Below, piece by piece: positions 24,770 through 38,762 of a DNA stretch of 64,000 nucleotides. The notes beneath the pieces were generated by a model. The model was not told the origin of the DNA. It made no database searches and worked only from the letters and a program-made list of their open reading frames with translations. The translations under genes were made by a program, and so were the position numbers. The first letter of the stretch is position 1, and each line of letters opens with the position of its first letter. The stretch comes from Octopus vulgaris. Taxonomy: Eukaryota. Where the stretch lies: positions 21,576,001 to 21,640,000 of the forward strand of contig OX597815.1 of NCBI GenBank assembly GCA_951406725.2, read 5' to 3'.

Positions 24770-25160
24770 TGAGTGAGAGAGCAGAGCATGCCATCAAAGT
24801 GACACTGGGGTAAAATATATGAAGCCTAGTATATCCATCATGACTACCCTTCAGATAAGGGTACACCAGGCACATGCATCACAACCGTATGTGCGCGACA
24901 TAGTGATCTTATTTCAAGATAAACAGCGCATGATCTTGCAGGTTAGAATTTTCTTCACGTCGAGTAATTCATCCTGCTCAAAAGGTCTCTGAATAATGGT
25001 TGTTTAAGGATGTTGAACGAAGCACCCATGTTTCCAGAGGTGAATTATCCAAACCCCAAAGAATTCCTCTCAACACATGACTATATGCTCGTGATTAGAG
25101 ATGCACATGTCAGCCACTATGAGACATGCTCAACTGAATAAGGTCAAACAACAGACAATT
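24770..25160. mobile_element. Interspersed repeat embedded in (TTA)n, probably a Dong/R4-type 3' UTR
   Basis: Non-coding, flanked by AATTATTATT on both sides; family assignment inferred from the target-site pattern. Confidence 0.4.
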
Positions 25161-25168
25161 ATTATTAA

Positions 25169-25217
<49 letters not shown>

Positions 25218-25573
25218 TGGGCTACAGTAAGACTCAAATTATTGACGAACTGAACCACAGTACATAAATGGTGTGGAATTCATCTATTCTGAAAGGATGA
25301 TGAGAAAAGTGACACGGATGCTATATAAACTTTCAAGACATGCAGGGATGAAACTAAATATTGTCATTCTTTTTCATTCAACACCAGTAATTCTGCCATT
25401 GCGCTCACAGTTTCTATAGCGTTAAGAATAAAAATATTGTCTTCTTACCTTTAAAGTGAGACTCAGCTGAATAGTCCTTTCTACCGGTCGACGAGACAGG
25501 ATTGTTGCAAATTAATCTGACGGTTGCCGTTCAGAGAAAAAAATTTGACTTTTCTACGTGAGCAAAAGAACCT

Positions 25574-25614
<41 letters not shown>

Positions 25615-26019
25615 GAGGGAAAGAGAGAGAGGGAGAGGGAGGGAGAGGGAGGGAGAGGGAGAGGGAGAGACTGTAGGGTTAAATGAAGTTTGTTGAAATG
25701 GCGGAGAGTTCGTATTTGTTCGAGATGGAAAAGAAACTACGTTTGGCATGTGTACGTGTCTAACTTCTGTAAAATTATACGTAGTCTGTACGTGTGTCTA
25801 TTAACGTGTGTTTGATATTGTGTCAGTACGCACGTCTATTAGCATGTGTTTTATATTTATAAAGAGATTTTTGTATATTTAGATTTACTTTCGTTTATGT
25901 GCGCACACACACACACTTGCACACACATATTTGTGTGCATTTTGTGACGTTGTTTGCCAACGTATTTATGTTTGTTGTAAGCGACACTCAACTGGGCATA
26001 CATATAAAAGTACACACAC

Positions 26020-26027
26020 TACGTACG

Positions 26028-26061
<34 letters not shown>

Positions 26062-26681
26062 CACACAAATCCATCCATCCATCCATCCATACATGCATAC
26101 GTATATACATACATATATACACACACATCCATCCATCCATCCATACATACATGATACATGCATACGTATATACATACATATATACACACACATCCATCCA
26201 TCCATCCATAGATACATCCATAGATACATCCATACATACATGCATACGTACATAAATACATATATACACACATCCATCCATCTATCCATCCATCCATCCA
26301 TCCATCCATCCATACATACATACATACATACATACATACATACATACATGCATACGTACATAAATACATATATACACACACATCCATCCATCCATCCATC
26401 CATCCATCCATACATACATACATACATACATACATACACTACTGGAACTATGATATATTCTGTAAAGATGAATACATCAATATAATTGAGCGCATTCGTA
26501 TACAACAATTATAAAAAGAAAAAAAATCTAAAAGGAAAACACCTAAAAAGTATCAATAAAAGCAAAACAGTCTATCAAACCCACAGTCACCCAACCATTC
26601 GTTTAATCAACGTTTCGTAAAACAGAATACCAAAATATACACTTTGGTGATTCTAATACTTTGATACAACACAATATGCAC

Positions 26682-26714
<33 letters not shown>

Positions 26715-26889
26715 CGCACAACACACACACAACACACAACACACACACACTCACACACACACACTCACACACACACACACACTCACACTCACATACACAC
26801 TCACACACACACTCACTCACACACACACTCACACACACACACACTCACACACACACTCACATACACACACACACTCACACACACATACT

Positions 26890-26920
<31 letters not shown>

Positions 26921-26980
26921 ACACACACACACACACACACAGTCACACACACAGTCACACACACAACACACACACACTCA
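26020..26980. repeat. Compound (CATA)/(CATC) and (CA)n microsatellite fields
   Basis: Direct reading (26020-26440 and 26680-26980). Confidence 0.95.
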
Positions 26981-27343
26981 GACGTTTACGTACGTTAGCA
27001 TTAAGAGATTACAGCATGTTTTCCTAGACAAATGTGTTTTTTTTCTAAACTCATTAAACATTTGACCAATAACAAAAGCCAATCCTTCCTAAACTATACG
27101 GTTCTCTTCTGTTTATTTCTACATAGTGTCCCTCTTCCTCCCTATTTTTTCTTTTTTACCTTTTCTGACTTAATTTTTTTTTCCTATTTTCTTTCTCCAT
27201 CTCTCTTGTCTATGCTGACACGTCCAAAAGTGCAAACAGTCCTACCTTATTTCAACTATGACTAGATAAACACTGACTGACATCACCTAACATGTTATTT
27301 CGCATTTATTTATCTTTTACCCTTTTAAATTTCCTTTCCCAAA

Positions 27344-27415
<72 letters not shown>

Positions 27416-27596
27416 GCGCTCTCACGCTCACACTGACACAGATACACATGTATATATACAACGGGCTTCCACACAGTTTCCATATCCCAAATTCACCACA
27501 AGACATTGTATGAAGCTCTGTCCTTTCGATAGCTTAGTCGGTATATGATGTCAACTTCTTTTTAGGTAAAAAAAGAGAAAATGAAAAAACCCAAAC

Positions 27597-27738
27597 GTTG
27601 AGACGAACCACATAGTTCTGGGTTCAGTCCCACTGCATGGCACCTTGGGCAAGTGTCTTCTACTATAACCTCGGGCCGACCAAAGCCTTGTGAGTGGATT
27701 TGGTAGACGGAAACTGAAAGAAGCCCGTCGTATATATG

Positions 27739-27810
<72 letters not shown>

Positions 27811-28022
27811 TTGTGTTTGTGTGTCTGTGTTTGTCCCCCAACATCGCTTGACAACCGATGCTGGTGTGTTTACGTCCCCGTAACTTAGCGGTTCGGCAAA
27901 AGTGACCGATAGAATAAGTACCAGGCTTACAAAGAATAAGTCCTGGGGTCGATTTGCTCGACTAAAGGTGGTGCTCCAGCATGGCCACAGTCAAATGACT
28001 GAAACAAGTAAAAGAGTAAAAG
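27597..28022 (+). mobile_element. SINE family A copy (5'-truncated)
   Basis: Matches 2820-3260. Confidence 0.88.
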
Positions 28023-28286
28023 AATATCAACCGTTTTAGGTTAGAGATTCAAGTAACAAAACAACATAATAGTTTATAATAACGAAGGAGTATAAACGAA
28101 GATCCCCTTTTAGTAGTTGATGTCAATGAAATTAAGCGTTTGTATATGAAGAGTATTGCACACGTGTGTGTATGTGTGCGTTGTGGTTAGAATGATGGAA
28201 AGAAGAAATGCATTCTGACTTTTCACTTCGAAATTGAACGGAATAATTCTTTTCAAAGAACAATATTTGGGAACAGACGTTCATAA

Positions 28287-28670
28287 TCTCTCTCTATATA
28301 AACGGTAGTTTGTCTGTGCGTGTTTCTGTGTGTCTGTTTTCTCGTACCCTCACTCTGACCACGGCTTTCAACCGATTCTGATGAAACTTGACACACACAT
28401 AGCCCAATGTCATAATTCAAAACTAACGCAGCGAAAATTTTGATAAGTTCCCCCAGTTCTGAAAAAAATCGATAAATTCGACATGGGGTCGAGAATCAGA
28501 AACTCAAACCACAGACCGTCTAGGGGACGCAACTCCACCTTTTTTAACTCTCAAAAAAATTTACCATCATTTTTTTTCCATTTTTTTGCTATTTTTTGGC
28601 TATAACTCTCTAAAAATGCTTTATAGTTATTTCCCTTACAAACCTGAGCAACGCCGGGCGATACTGCTAG
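28287..28670 (+). mobile_element. Non-autonomous Helitron
   Basis: A^TC...TATATAAA 5' end, subterminal GC-rich hairpin (CCTGAGCAACGCCGGG), CTAG^T 3' end, no TSD. Confidence 0.85.
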
Positions 28671-28787
28671 TATACATTAAACTGTAAGATTAGTGAACTG
28701 ATGAAATATCTTCTAAAATCATTATGTATTGATGTATTTCATTTACCAGAAGAGATTTAAAGAAAGGGAATGATAAAAAAATCAAAC

Positions 28788-28885
<98 letters not shown>

Positions 28886-28928
28886 GGATAAACAGATAGA
28901 TAAATAGATAGATAGATATAGGTATATA

Positions 28929-30182
28929 CAGGGTGTTCCAAAATTAAGGTAACCAACTTCTTTCAATTTTGCCACAGCAAAATATTGTTATATTTCGGGT
29001 CCGAGCGTTGCAATGCAATGGTAAATCGTTGCAATGCGATGGTAAAGCGTTGCAATGCGATGGTAAAGCGTTGCAATGCGATGGTAAATAATTATAACAC
29101 TACCACATTTATTCGATATGACTATCTCTGTTTCGAAACACAGCCTTAAGTCTAGGTGTGAATGCTTCACATGTGGCACACAGCTGTTCTTGCAGAACTG
29201 AAACCAATTCCTGGTGCAGTTTTGCCTTCAGAGCGTCGAGCAAAGCATGAGGAGTGCTCGAGACCCTCGTCTCTAAAATGGACCAAACAGAAAAATCCAA
29301 GGGTCGAGATCGGGGCTTCTTGAGGGCCATACATTTTTGCCTATGAATGACGGAATGTTTTTCTGTTTGGAACTGTGGGATGGTGCCAAGTCCTGTCGGA
29401 GGCTCCAAAGTGCGCCTTGAAAGTGTTCATTCAGCCGTGGAAACAGTTCAGCTTCCAGAATGTCGCTAATGGATCGTTGGGTGTTAATTTTGACACCCGA
29501 GGGTACAAAAATGAGGGGAGACTTTCCAGTGGCTTCCACAGCCACCCAAACTATAACTGACTGTAGATTTTGAAGTCGATTTACATGTCTACCCTCGACG
29601 GAGCCAGATACACTCCAGTGTCGGTCATTCTGGTGGTTTACTGACTTCGATGTCAAATTTCTTTTCATCAGTAAACATCAGGTTGGGCAGCGTGCCTTCA
29701 GCAATCTGACGCAGGGTAAGATGACTTCTCTCCGGTCTCATGGTCTTATAAACTTACGTGAGCTCATAACGGCGGATCGATGTTCGGCTTACTTTTGCTG
29801 TGGCAGCCAGTTTTCTGATAAAAAGACGAGGATTTCGTCGTATGTTTCCTCTGGTACTTTCGATAAGCTGAGGGGTCCGCACACTTCTTTTTCGGCCGCG
29901 TCCAGGTCGGTCAGCGGTGAAACCAGTCTCTTGAAATTACTTGGCAGTTTTCCAGACTGTTGTTCGGTTATAGCTGTATTACTTTCGTCTCCTTTGTGGA
30001 GGGTTATGATTGTATTTCGATATATAACCATTATTTCATTTATAAATCTGAATTTATTTAGTCTGAAACAAACAGAAGACTCACCAAGTTTTTAGAATGA
30101 TGTATAATTTTCATATTTTATCACATGTATCGATAGTTATTAAAGCCCGAAACTTCGGTTGCCTTAATTTCGAGACACCCTG
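28929..30182 (-). mobile_element. Full-length but frameshifted Tc1/mariner-superfamily transposon (maT/DD37D-like)
   Basis: TA-flanked TIRs CAGGGTGTTCCAAAATTAAGGTAACC / GGTTGCCTTAATTTCGAGACACCCTG. Transposase pieces: QETGFTADRPGRGRKRSVRTP, FTDEKKF, NHQNDR, QDLAPSH, WPSRSPDL..PLDFSVWSILE. Four 21-bp tandem repeats at 29004-29087. Confidence 0.93.
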
Positions 30183-31964
30183 TATACCACCTTTTATCGT
30201 TGTCAGTTGTGGATTTGAAATGTATTTTATAGAGAATATTATTGCTCAAATAATATTCTCTATAACATAAATGTTCATTTTGTTAAGAAGGTAAATATTT
30301 TTTAGAGTTTTTTCAATAAATTGTTCAGATGAGAAAAGCCACTCCCTGTGATCATTGCAGGTTTTTCTAAACTTGTGAAATGTTTGTGGATGATGTACAG
30401 TTTGAACAAATCCAGATTGATGTCTGCAGAGCATTATATTTTTAGAGACAACTAATGACAACACTTCATTATAATCCGTTCATTAAAAGTCATTTACAAA
30501 TCAACGAATTAACGAGTCATCATGGCTGTTCACGCAGGCTAACTCGACATGACAAATGCATAAATTTCGCTTTTTTCAATTCTTTCATCCTTATTTTCTG
30601 ACCTCAATCAAAATGGCATTAACTGTTAATATAAAAATTAAATTATCACAAAAAAGAACTGGACAAAATTTCAGAATTGGTCTATGATTACAATATTAGA
30701 CATTTAACCGAATTAATTATCCAGTATTTTTCTTAGAGACCAATTTGCATTCCATGCATCAAATTAGCATTTTTATAATGAACAGGAAATCATTTGTATT
30801 ATTTAATAATATTTATAGTTTAAATCTAGATAGGCAATGCCCATCTTAGCCATGCACATAGTAGGTCCCAGCTTTTACTATTTCAGTCATTCATCACCAT
30901 TTTTCTCGGGGTGGGGGTGAGTATTGTTAATTAAATCTTTCTAGTACCTGATTGGTACCTATTTTCATTGTCCCACCGCACCAAATGGATGAAAAGCTAA
31001 GCCAAACCTGATGGGATTATAAAAAAAAAAAACTTTTATTCAGAGAGGAAAGTCAATACCATAGACCGTTTCAAGGGCTTCAGAAACTAGTGGTAGGCCG
31101 GGAGAAAGTTATCCTCTGACCGAACACTTGACCCGAATACTTGCAACACAGAGGACTTCACTAATGGTGTCCCGAGCCAGATGGTGGTGTTAAGTTGGGC
31201 GTCAGATTAAATATATCACAAAAGAAGAGGATCTGTTCTTCTGGTGGGTTTCCACATAGTTTCAAACTACTAAATTTCCCTCACAAAGCTTTTGGGCGAC
31301 TCAAAGTAAAGAACACATGCCCAAGGTGTAGCGCTCTGGAACTGAACCCGAAACTACGTAGTAACCATACTTACACTTATGATACTGGTACTATTTTACT
31401 AATTCTCAGAAAACGAAATGAAGATTTTTTTGAGGTAAGGATTCTATCCGAGAAATTAGACGATCATAAAATACAATTCAATAATGCATTTAACCTAGTT
31501 TGTCAACTTCTTGCTCTTAACAATAATCATCATTTCTAGCACAGGCATAATATTAGTTATATCTTCCTCTGTAGTTTTACATTATTTTATCGACCTCGGA
31601 AGAATGACAACAAAGTTGAGCTCAACGAAACTTGGACTCAAAATGCAAATTTTGCCATCAGAATATTGTAATAATAATTTCCAATACTAAATATCAGGAA
31701 TCTTGGGGAAGGGAATAATCTGTTAAAACTAATCCGCAGAAGTGCTTGACTGGTAGTTATTTTATGAAAACTTGAAGAACGAAAAGGAAAAGTCGACAAC
31801 GGGATTTGGATTCGAAAGCATAAGATATTTTGTCTGCAGCTTTACGGATTCGTTCAATACACTATCCTTGTTGTAATTATGATATAACAATGATGTACAA
31901 TGGTCTTGGCTGTCCACGGCAGCTTTCATGAGATCAAGGAAGTTACTAATTTTTTATTTGCATA

Positions 31965-32288
31965 CTAGCACTGTGACTCGGCAACGCCGAGTCATAGTGC
32001 TAGTGCATGCATATACAGCTGCGTGCGTGCGTACATACACGCGAGTACTGTCCAAATCTCCGACCAATCACATACAGCTAGCTGGCATTCAATTGGCATA
32101 TCAAGTTTCAGGCATTTTGATTGGGTTTTGGATAAAAAATTCACAAAAAAGTAACTTCTATTGGTTTTTTTAATGGCTTTGCGGGGTGACTGGGGAAATG
32201 TAAAGATGTGTACAACCACCCTTGGACGGTTTTGAATGACCATAGAAAGTGTGAGCCCTCTAACTGAAAAATTGTGGATTTGTATAAA

Positions 32289-32350
<62 letters not shown>

Positions 32351-32373
32351 TTTGCCGTTTATATATATAGAGA
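31965..32373 (-). mobile_element. Non-autonomous Helitron with a long 3' hairpin
   Basis: Minus strand starts A^TCTCTATATATATAAACGGC, carries (TG)n, and ends GACTCGGCGTTGCCGAGTCACAGTGCTAG^T. Confidence 0.85.
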
Positions 32374-33909
32374 TGACAGTCTAAAACCTAAACTAATGGA
32401 AAGCAAACTTACATAAACTATACAATGCATGATTAGTTTCTTAATTGTAAATATACCCCACGGTGTTCCTTAATGAAATTAAAAGTAAATTCATATTTGG
32501 TGGTTCATGAAGCTTTCCTTATGAATTTTGTGGACCCCTCTCTTCTCCCTCTGTCCCTCTCTCTATCTGTCTGTATCACTCTCTTTCTCTCTTTTTTCTC
32601 TTTCACTCTCTTCATGTGTCATACATCAGTCGGTGATCATGCTCCTCCACATATTTAGCATGTTATCAGGCCAGTCTTTCTAAAGCCAGCTGGTAAGGCC
32701 ATCGGCTATCTTCTCGCACTGTCATTCTTGTCTTTTTCTCCGTTTCAGGTTTCTGGTTGTCATGAAATGCTCCAGGTTTTTTTCTTCCCGGTAGGTCATC
32801 TTCTGAATAAGGTTGTGCATCACTGTTGTAGTACACTGGAAAAAACAAAGATAGGATTGACTGTTGTAGAGTTTTTCTTAAAATTTCAGGTACTGTTTAG
32901 GGCAGGGGAAATATGCATTTTAGAAAGAAAAGGACGTACTTTTGGATTAGATTTGTCTTCTCGAAAAATATCAAGAGAATAGAAATAATGATGTACAATG
33001 TGATGGCATTAAATAGTTTCTGTTTAAGATTTCCTCCCTACTCCCAAAAGATAAAAAAAATTGAATAACCGTTTTTAACGTAAGTGCAAAGCCAGAAACT
33101 TTTTTGCTGGTAGGAGAAACATTATACTGTTGACATTTATTTATTTTATCAACCTTCTCAAGGATAAAAGTCAAATTTGATCATGGTGGGATATGAAACC
33201 AGAAGGTAGACATGGAACGCTTTAGCGATTCCACCAAATAATAATTTTACAAAAGTTCAGCCTTGCCTTATTTCCCTTTATCTCTGGTGAGACTGTTCTA
33301 GAAACTTGACAAAGTCTGTTGGAACCGAACGAGGGAGAGATAGAGTAGCTTAGGAGGAGAGTAACATATAAAGGGAAAAGAGGATTTCTTATCCAACTTT
33401 CCATATTTTAAAGCCAAAATTATTATAGAATTTATTTGCTGCTGATGGTAGCGATGATGGTATACATATGCTCTTTTATATAGAAAAGAATATTTGAAAT
33501 GCAAAATGGAGAGATGGCGATAGAGAGGAACCCATCTCTGTAACAGAGGCTAAATTGGAGTAGGTTTATCAATGTGCTTTGAAATTCATCATCACTGTCA
33601 TGAAACAGGTAGAATGCTAAGAGACTCACTATCTGCCTCTTTGCTAACAACTTGACCCTTCCTGCAAGAAAATCAAAAGTTTTTGGAGTTGTCTATAGCG
33701 GCACCTTTCACACACTGCTCTAGCTAACGGCTCCGTCAGCTGCATTTGTCAAGTGTCTTAACGCCTGCCTTATCATTTGGTACCACTGTATCTTTAGTTT
33801 GGTGTTCTCGCACAAGAATCTGTCGAGTTGGGCACCAACATCACTAGAATATCATGTGCTCGTGAAGAGCACAATTACTGAACCCGCTAGCATCACACTT
33901 TTTGCTCTT

Positions 33910-34320
33910 ATTTCTTTATTGCCCATAAGGGGCTAAACATAGAGGGGACAAACAAGGACAGACAAAGCGATTAAGTAGATTACATCGACCCCAGTGCGTA
34001 ACTGGTACTTATTTAATTGACCCCGAAAGGATGAAAGGCAAAGTCGACCTCGGCGGAATTTGAACCCAGACAGACGAAAAATACCTATTTCTTTACTACC
34101 CAGAAGGGGCTAAACACAGAGAGGACAAACAAGGACAGACAAACGGATTAAGTCGATTACATCGACTCCAGTGCGTAACTGGTACTTATTTAATCGACCC
34201 CGAAAGGATGAAAGGCAAAGTCGACCTCGGTGGAATATGAACTCAGAACGTACAGATAGACGAAAAATACCACTAAGCATTTCGTCCGGCGTGCTAACGT
34301 TTCTGCCAGCTCGCCGCCTT
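33910..34320 (-). mobile_element. SINE family C (head AAGGCGGCGAGCTGGCAGAA), dimer
   Basis: Head plus two ~180-bp units; ~15-bp imperfect TSD (ACAC[T/C]TTTTGCTCTT). Confidence 0.88.
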
Positions 34321-35067
34321 CAACACCTTTTGCTCTTGTCAGACAAATGGGCCAATTCCATTAGGATTCTACTTGTTCTAAATGGGCCATTTAGCTGTTT
34401 TTATATGATTTCTTCTTCAATAGAATAACTATTTTGCCCCTCTACTGACATGTTTGTCGTCTGTAGGTGTAGTTTGAACGTAGGACGCAAAGGAAATTAT
34501 CATAAATACCGCAAGGTACTGTGACACTGCCAACCCATCTCACTTCTCCCTTGTTTACTATCAAAGAGAATGGATGTTTATTTCAGGTGCGTTGATTGTA
34601 TTGAAATATTTAGGAAAACGGTGTGGCCCATGAAGACCTACATAAGTACACTTGCACAACAAAGAAACACGCACAAATAATCGCCTCAACGTATACAAAC
34701 AGATACAGAAAAAAAGGAAATGGGTCTTAGTGAAAGAAAATAAGGAATGAAAGGTATTAATGTTTACAGTCAACCTTTAAATGTCGTGTAGATATTTATG
34801 GGATTGGCGGTCTTCAGTACACTTTTTCCTTGAACGACCGCTAAATCACTAAATCGATAGGGGTGACAGGTCTGTTACATTTGTAAAAGTTGAAAGAAAT
34901 AGCAGGAAATCCATTTACGATATTTGCGTGATTTGCATAATGTACGAAGTTAAACATAAAACCTAATTGAGTAAATAATTAAGATAATAGATTGAGTTGT
35001 AATTTCGATGATGGATGTAAATAACAATTCCAGTACTAATTTATTTCATCATATAATGGCAGTGAAA

Positions 35068-35849
35068 AAGGCGGCGAGCTGGCAGAAACGTTAGCACGCC
35101 GCGCGAAATGCGTAGCCGTGTTTCGTCTGCCGTTACGTTTTGAGTTCAAATTCCGCCGAGGTCGACTTTGCCTTTCATCCATTCGGGGTCGATAAATAAG
35201 GTACCAGATACATACTGGGGTCGATGTAATCGATTTAATCCGTTTGTCTGTCCTTGTTTGTCCTCTCTGTGTTTGGCCCTTTGAGGGTAGTAAAGAAATA
35301 GGTATTTCGTCTGCCGCTACGTTCTGAAGTTCAAATTCCTCCAAGATCGACTTTGCCTTTCGTCCCTTCGGGGTCGATAAATTAAGTACCAGTTACGCAC
35401 TGGGGTAGATGTAATCGACTTAATACCTATGTCTGTCCTTGTTTGTCCCCTCTGTGTTTAGCCCCTTGTGGGTAATAAAGGAATAGGTATTTCGTCTGTC
35501 GTTACGTTTTGAGTTCAAATTCCGCCGGGGTCGACTTTGCCTTTCATCCTTTCGGGGTCGATAAATTAAGTACCAGTTAAGCACTGGGGTCGATATAATC
35601 GACTTAATACTTATGTCTGTCCATGTTTGTCCCCTCTATGTTTAGCCCCTTGTGGGTAATAAAGAAATAGGTATTTCGTCTGCCGTTACGTTTTGAGTTC
35701 AAATTCCGCCGGGGTCGACTTTGCCTTTCATCCTTTCGGGGTCGATAAATTAAGTACCAGTTACGCACCAGTGTAATCGATTTAATCCGTTTGTCTGTCC
35801 TTGTTTGTCCCCTCTGTGTTTGGCCCCTTATGGGTAGTAAAGAAATAGG
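35068..35849 (+). mobile_element. SINE family C tetramer with ~52-bp TSD
   Basis: Head plus four ~183-bp units joined at AAAGAAATAG|GTATTTCGTC; flank 35016-35067 is repeated at 35851-35903. Confidence 0.92.
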
Positions 35850-36322
35850 TTGTAAATAACAATTCCAGTACTAATTTATTTCATTCATATAATGGCAGTG
35901 AAATACTCTGCAACTATATTTGACTTCGCTAGTCTTGTTGACAGTTCTTCAAACCCAGATAACTGAATGAGCAGATTTCTGTGGGAAGAACCGTCACCAT
36001 CTTATATTATTTTCAGAAATACATTAGCCAAAGTGTTTTTTTAAAATGAGATTACCATATGATTTTACGGAAATCTAGTTGTTGTATTTTAGCGTCACAA
36101 TCACGACGCAAAGGCTCCCTTGCTGGTTCAACTTAAATAGTATATATTATTTTCTCAAAAGATTCACATTGTGCACACCATAACCTCTCCAAGGCAAAGA
36201 CATCTCAACCTCAGCAAGGGTTTCATTAGCTTGTAATATCTGTCTGTCTGAATGTCAGTCTGTCTGTATGAACAAAAACACACCTGCAACAGTAGTGGTC
36301 TCTTGAACATTTTGTTTTTCAT

Positions 36323-36397
<75 letters not shown>

Positions 36398-36437
36398 CGC
36401 GCGTGCGCGTCCTTGCGTATGCGTGTGTGTGTGCGTG

Positions 36438-36547
<110 letters not shown>

Positions 36548-36789
36548 TGTGTGTTCATGTATATATGTAGAGGACAAAGATTTTTTTAAATATTAAAATT
36601 GAAGGTGCGAGTTTGTTTCGATGAAAACTGTATCTATATATATAAGCTTAAAGCTCAAAGAATCCTGTTCCTCTAACTATATTTAGGTACCACGAGATTT
36701 TGTAGTTCAATATTGTACGTAGAGATGACATTGTGCTATTAAGGACTCATTAGTTTGCAGTTTAAATTCAAATATCGGTGTTTAAACGG

Positions 36790-37230
36790 ATGACACACAC
36801 ACTGTCTCATACACTGTTCGCTTTCCAGACATTTGTACATTACTGCATATACTTTATACGCACTTTTGACAAGTTGTGGTGCACCTGAGCACTGTATACA
36901 ATAATTTCATTATTATTATTATTAAAGTCAGAAAACTGCACAGCTCCCATGATTTTAGGAAACATTTTTTCGCACTCAGAGTTGCTGAAGCATGGAGCAA
37001 ATTACCTGCATTAGCTGCCAAGACATTGTATCCTTTAAAACCGCCATGCTTCCTGAAATTCGCCAACACTACACCTGATATCCCCCACCTCCATACGCAT
37101 GCACACATGTATATCATGGCTCATACTCTGTTCACTTTCCTGACTTTTGTACATATTTCTATGTACTATACATGTACCTTTTGATAAGTTGTAGTGCACC
37201 TGAGCACTGTACACAATAATTTTCATTATT
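36790..37230 (+). mobile_element. Two tandem CR1-clade LINE 3' ends
   Basis: KVRKLHSSHDFRKHFFALRVAEAWSKLP matches the CR1 C-terminal R..FF..RV...W..LP motif; each copy ends GTGCACCTGAGCACTGTA...(ATT)n. Confidence 0.8.
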
Positions 37231-37297
37231 ACCCCCACCTTCACTAAGGCAGAGGTATTATTTTCAGTTGTGTTTGTTTGTTTGTCCGTGGACAAGA

Positions 37298-37351
<54 letters not shown>

Positions 37352-38538
37352 GGTCACATACATATATGCAGAGATACACGCACACACATGTGTATACACA
37401 TGTATGTATGTATGTCAATAACTCATGAGTGCTATTGGTAACATGTAACACAGTACAGCCTATTGCATGGTTGGGTTGTAACTAAGCTGGCATCTCACGA
37501 GGCTAGTCTTTTGATGGTAGTCACTAGAAACCCAGCTAGACAAAAGCATTTGCGTAAACAACTATTTAAATAGCTCGATAAACGAAATTGAAACAGCATT
37601 GAATAAAAATAGCTATCAGTGTACCATACTAAATGTATGTGCACAATGAAAAATGCTACTGCTATTGTTTATATCTGTGAGAAAATTTCTTCACAGGCAT
37701 GCTGCATTAAAAATACAGTATGCATCTAAGCGAAACGAGCATCGACGTAGCAATGACACATAGGAACGTTAGACTCGTTCGCTTTCCTTGAAGCTTGTTG
37801 ACAACGAGTAACCATTTGTCACATGCCTGAACGAAACACGTCTAACGTTCCCGCGTGTCACTGCCGTTTGTTTAAACGAGAATATAAAAAAAGAGAAAGC
37901 AAAGTCTTCAGTATGAGTATGTGGTTTGTGGGGTCGACCGCGTCCTCTGCTTCATTTTTGTAAATCACTCATTCTAATTTAATTGTATATATTTTAATTG
38001 TTTGTTTATTCATATTTTCGTCTTATTCGATACCCTGACCCCAAAATTCTTTCTCTCTCTCTCTCTATCTATATATATTGTGTTTCTAATATGTCTACAA
38101 GGAGATTTTCTCTCGGACAAAAACCATAAGGATAGGCCTTTCTACATTGTACATACATGCAGTATGACACACATCTGGCTATTTTATTTTAATGGTGTTT
38201 CAGTTGCGTTCACCGTTTTTTTTTTTCACAGCTCAGCAAGCATTCTTCACAGTCAATGAATGTGTTATTATCTATTCCCTATACATCAAGGAACAAATTT
38301 CGGTCTGGCTCGTGACGAATGGGTACGCGTTATTGACAAGCCTCAAGAAAGGCGAAGAGCGTTTAACGCTCACGTGAGTCACTACTGCGACGATATTCGT
38401 TTTGCTTCGATATATATTGTGTTTTTAACATGATATATCTACGAGAAGTTTTTCCCCCCAGGCAAAAATCATAGTGACAAGAAAGCTTCCTATGGTGTGA
38501 TAATACATTTAGTATGATACGCAGATAACTATCTAAAC

Positions 38539-38705
38539 GTCTTCTTCTTCTTCTTCTTCTCCTTCTTCTTCTTCTTCTTCTTCTTCTTCTTCTTCTTCTT
38601 CTTCTTCTTCTTCTTCTTCTTCTTCTTCTTCTTCTTCTTCTTCTTCTTCTTCTTCTTCTTCTTCTTCACCTCCCCTCCTTCTCTCTCTCCTTTTTCTCTT
38701 TATTT

Positions 38706-38760
<55 letters not shown>
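38539..38760. repeat. (CTT)n and (TG)n microsatellites
   Basis: Direct reading. Confidence 0.95.

Positions 38761-38762
<2 letters not shown>

Noticed and set aside
25899-27065. Long ORFs (up to 184 aa) rich in H/T/Y/I or M/D/G/W/C/V
   Set aside because: Translations of (CATA)/(CATC)/(CA) microsatellites, open in several frames on both strands; the same applies to ORFs at 21550, 22653, 36164, 56791 and 62869-63771.
29789-30031. Apparent foreign ORF inside the Tc1-like element
   Set aside because: A shifted frame of the transposase N-terminal HTH region (QETGFTADRPGRGRKRSVRTP in the correct frame), not captured cargo.
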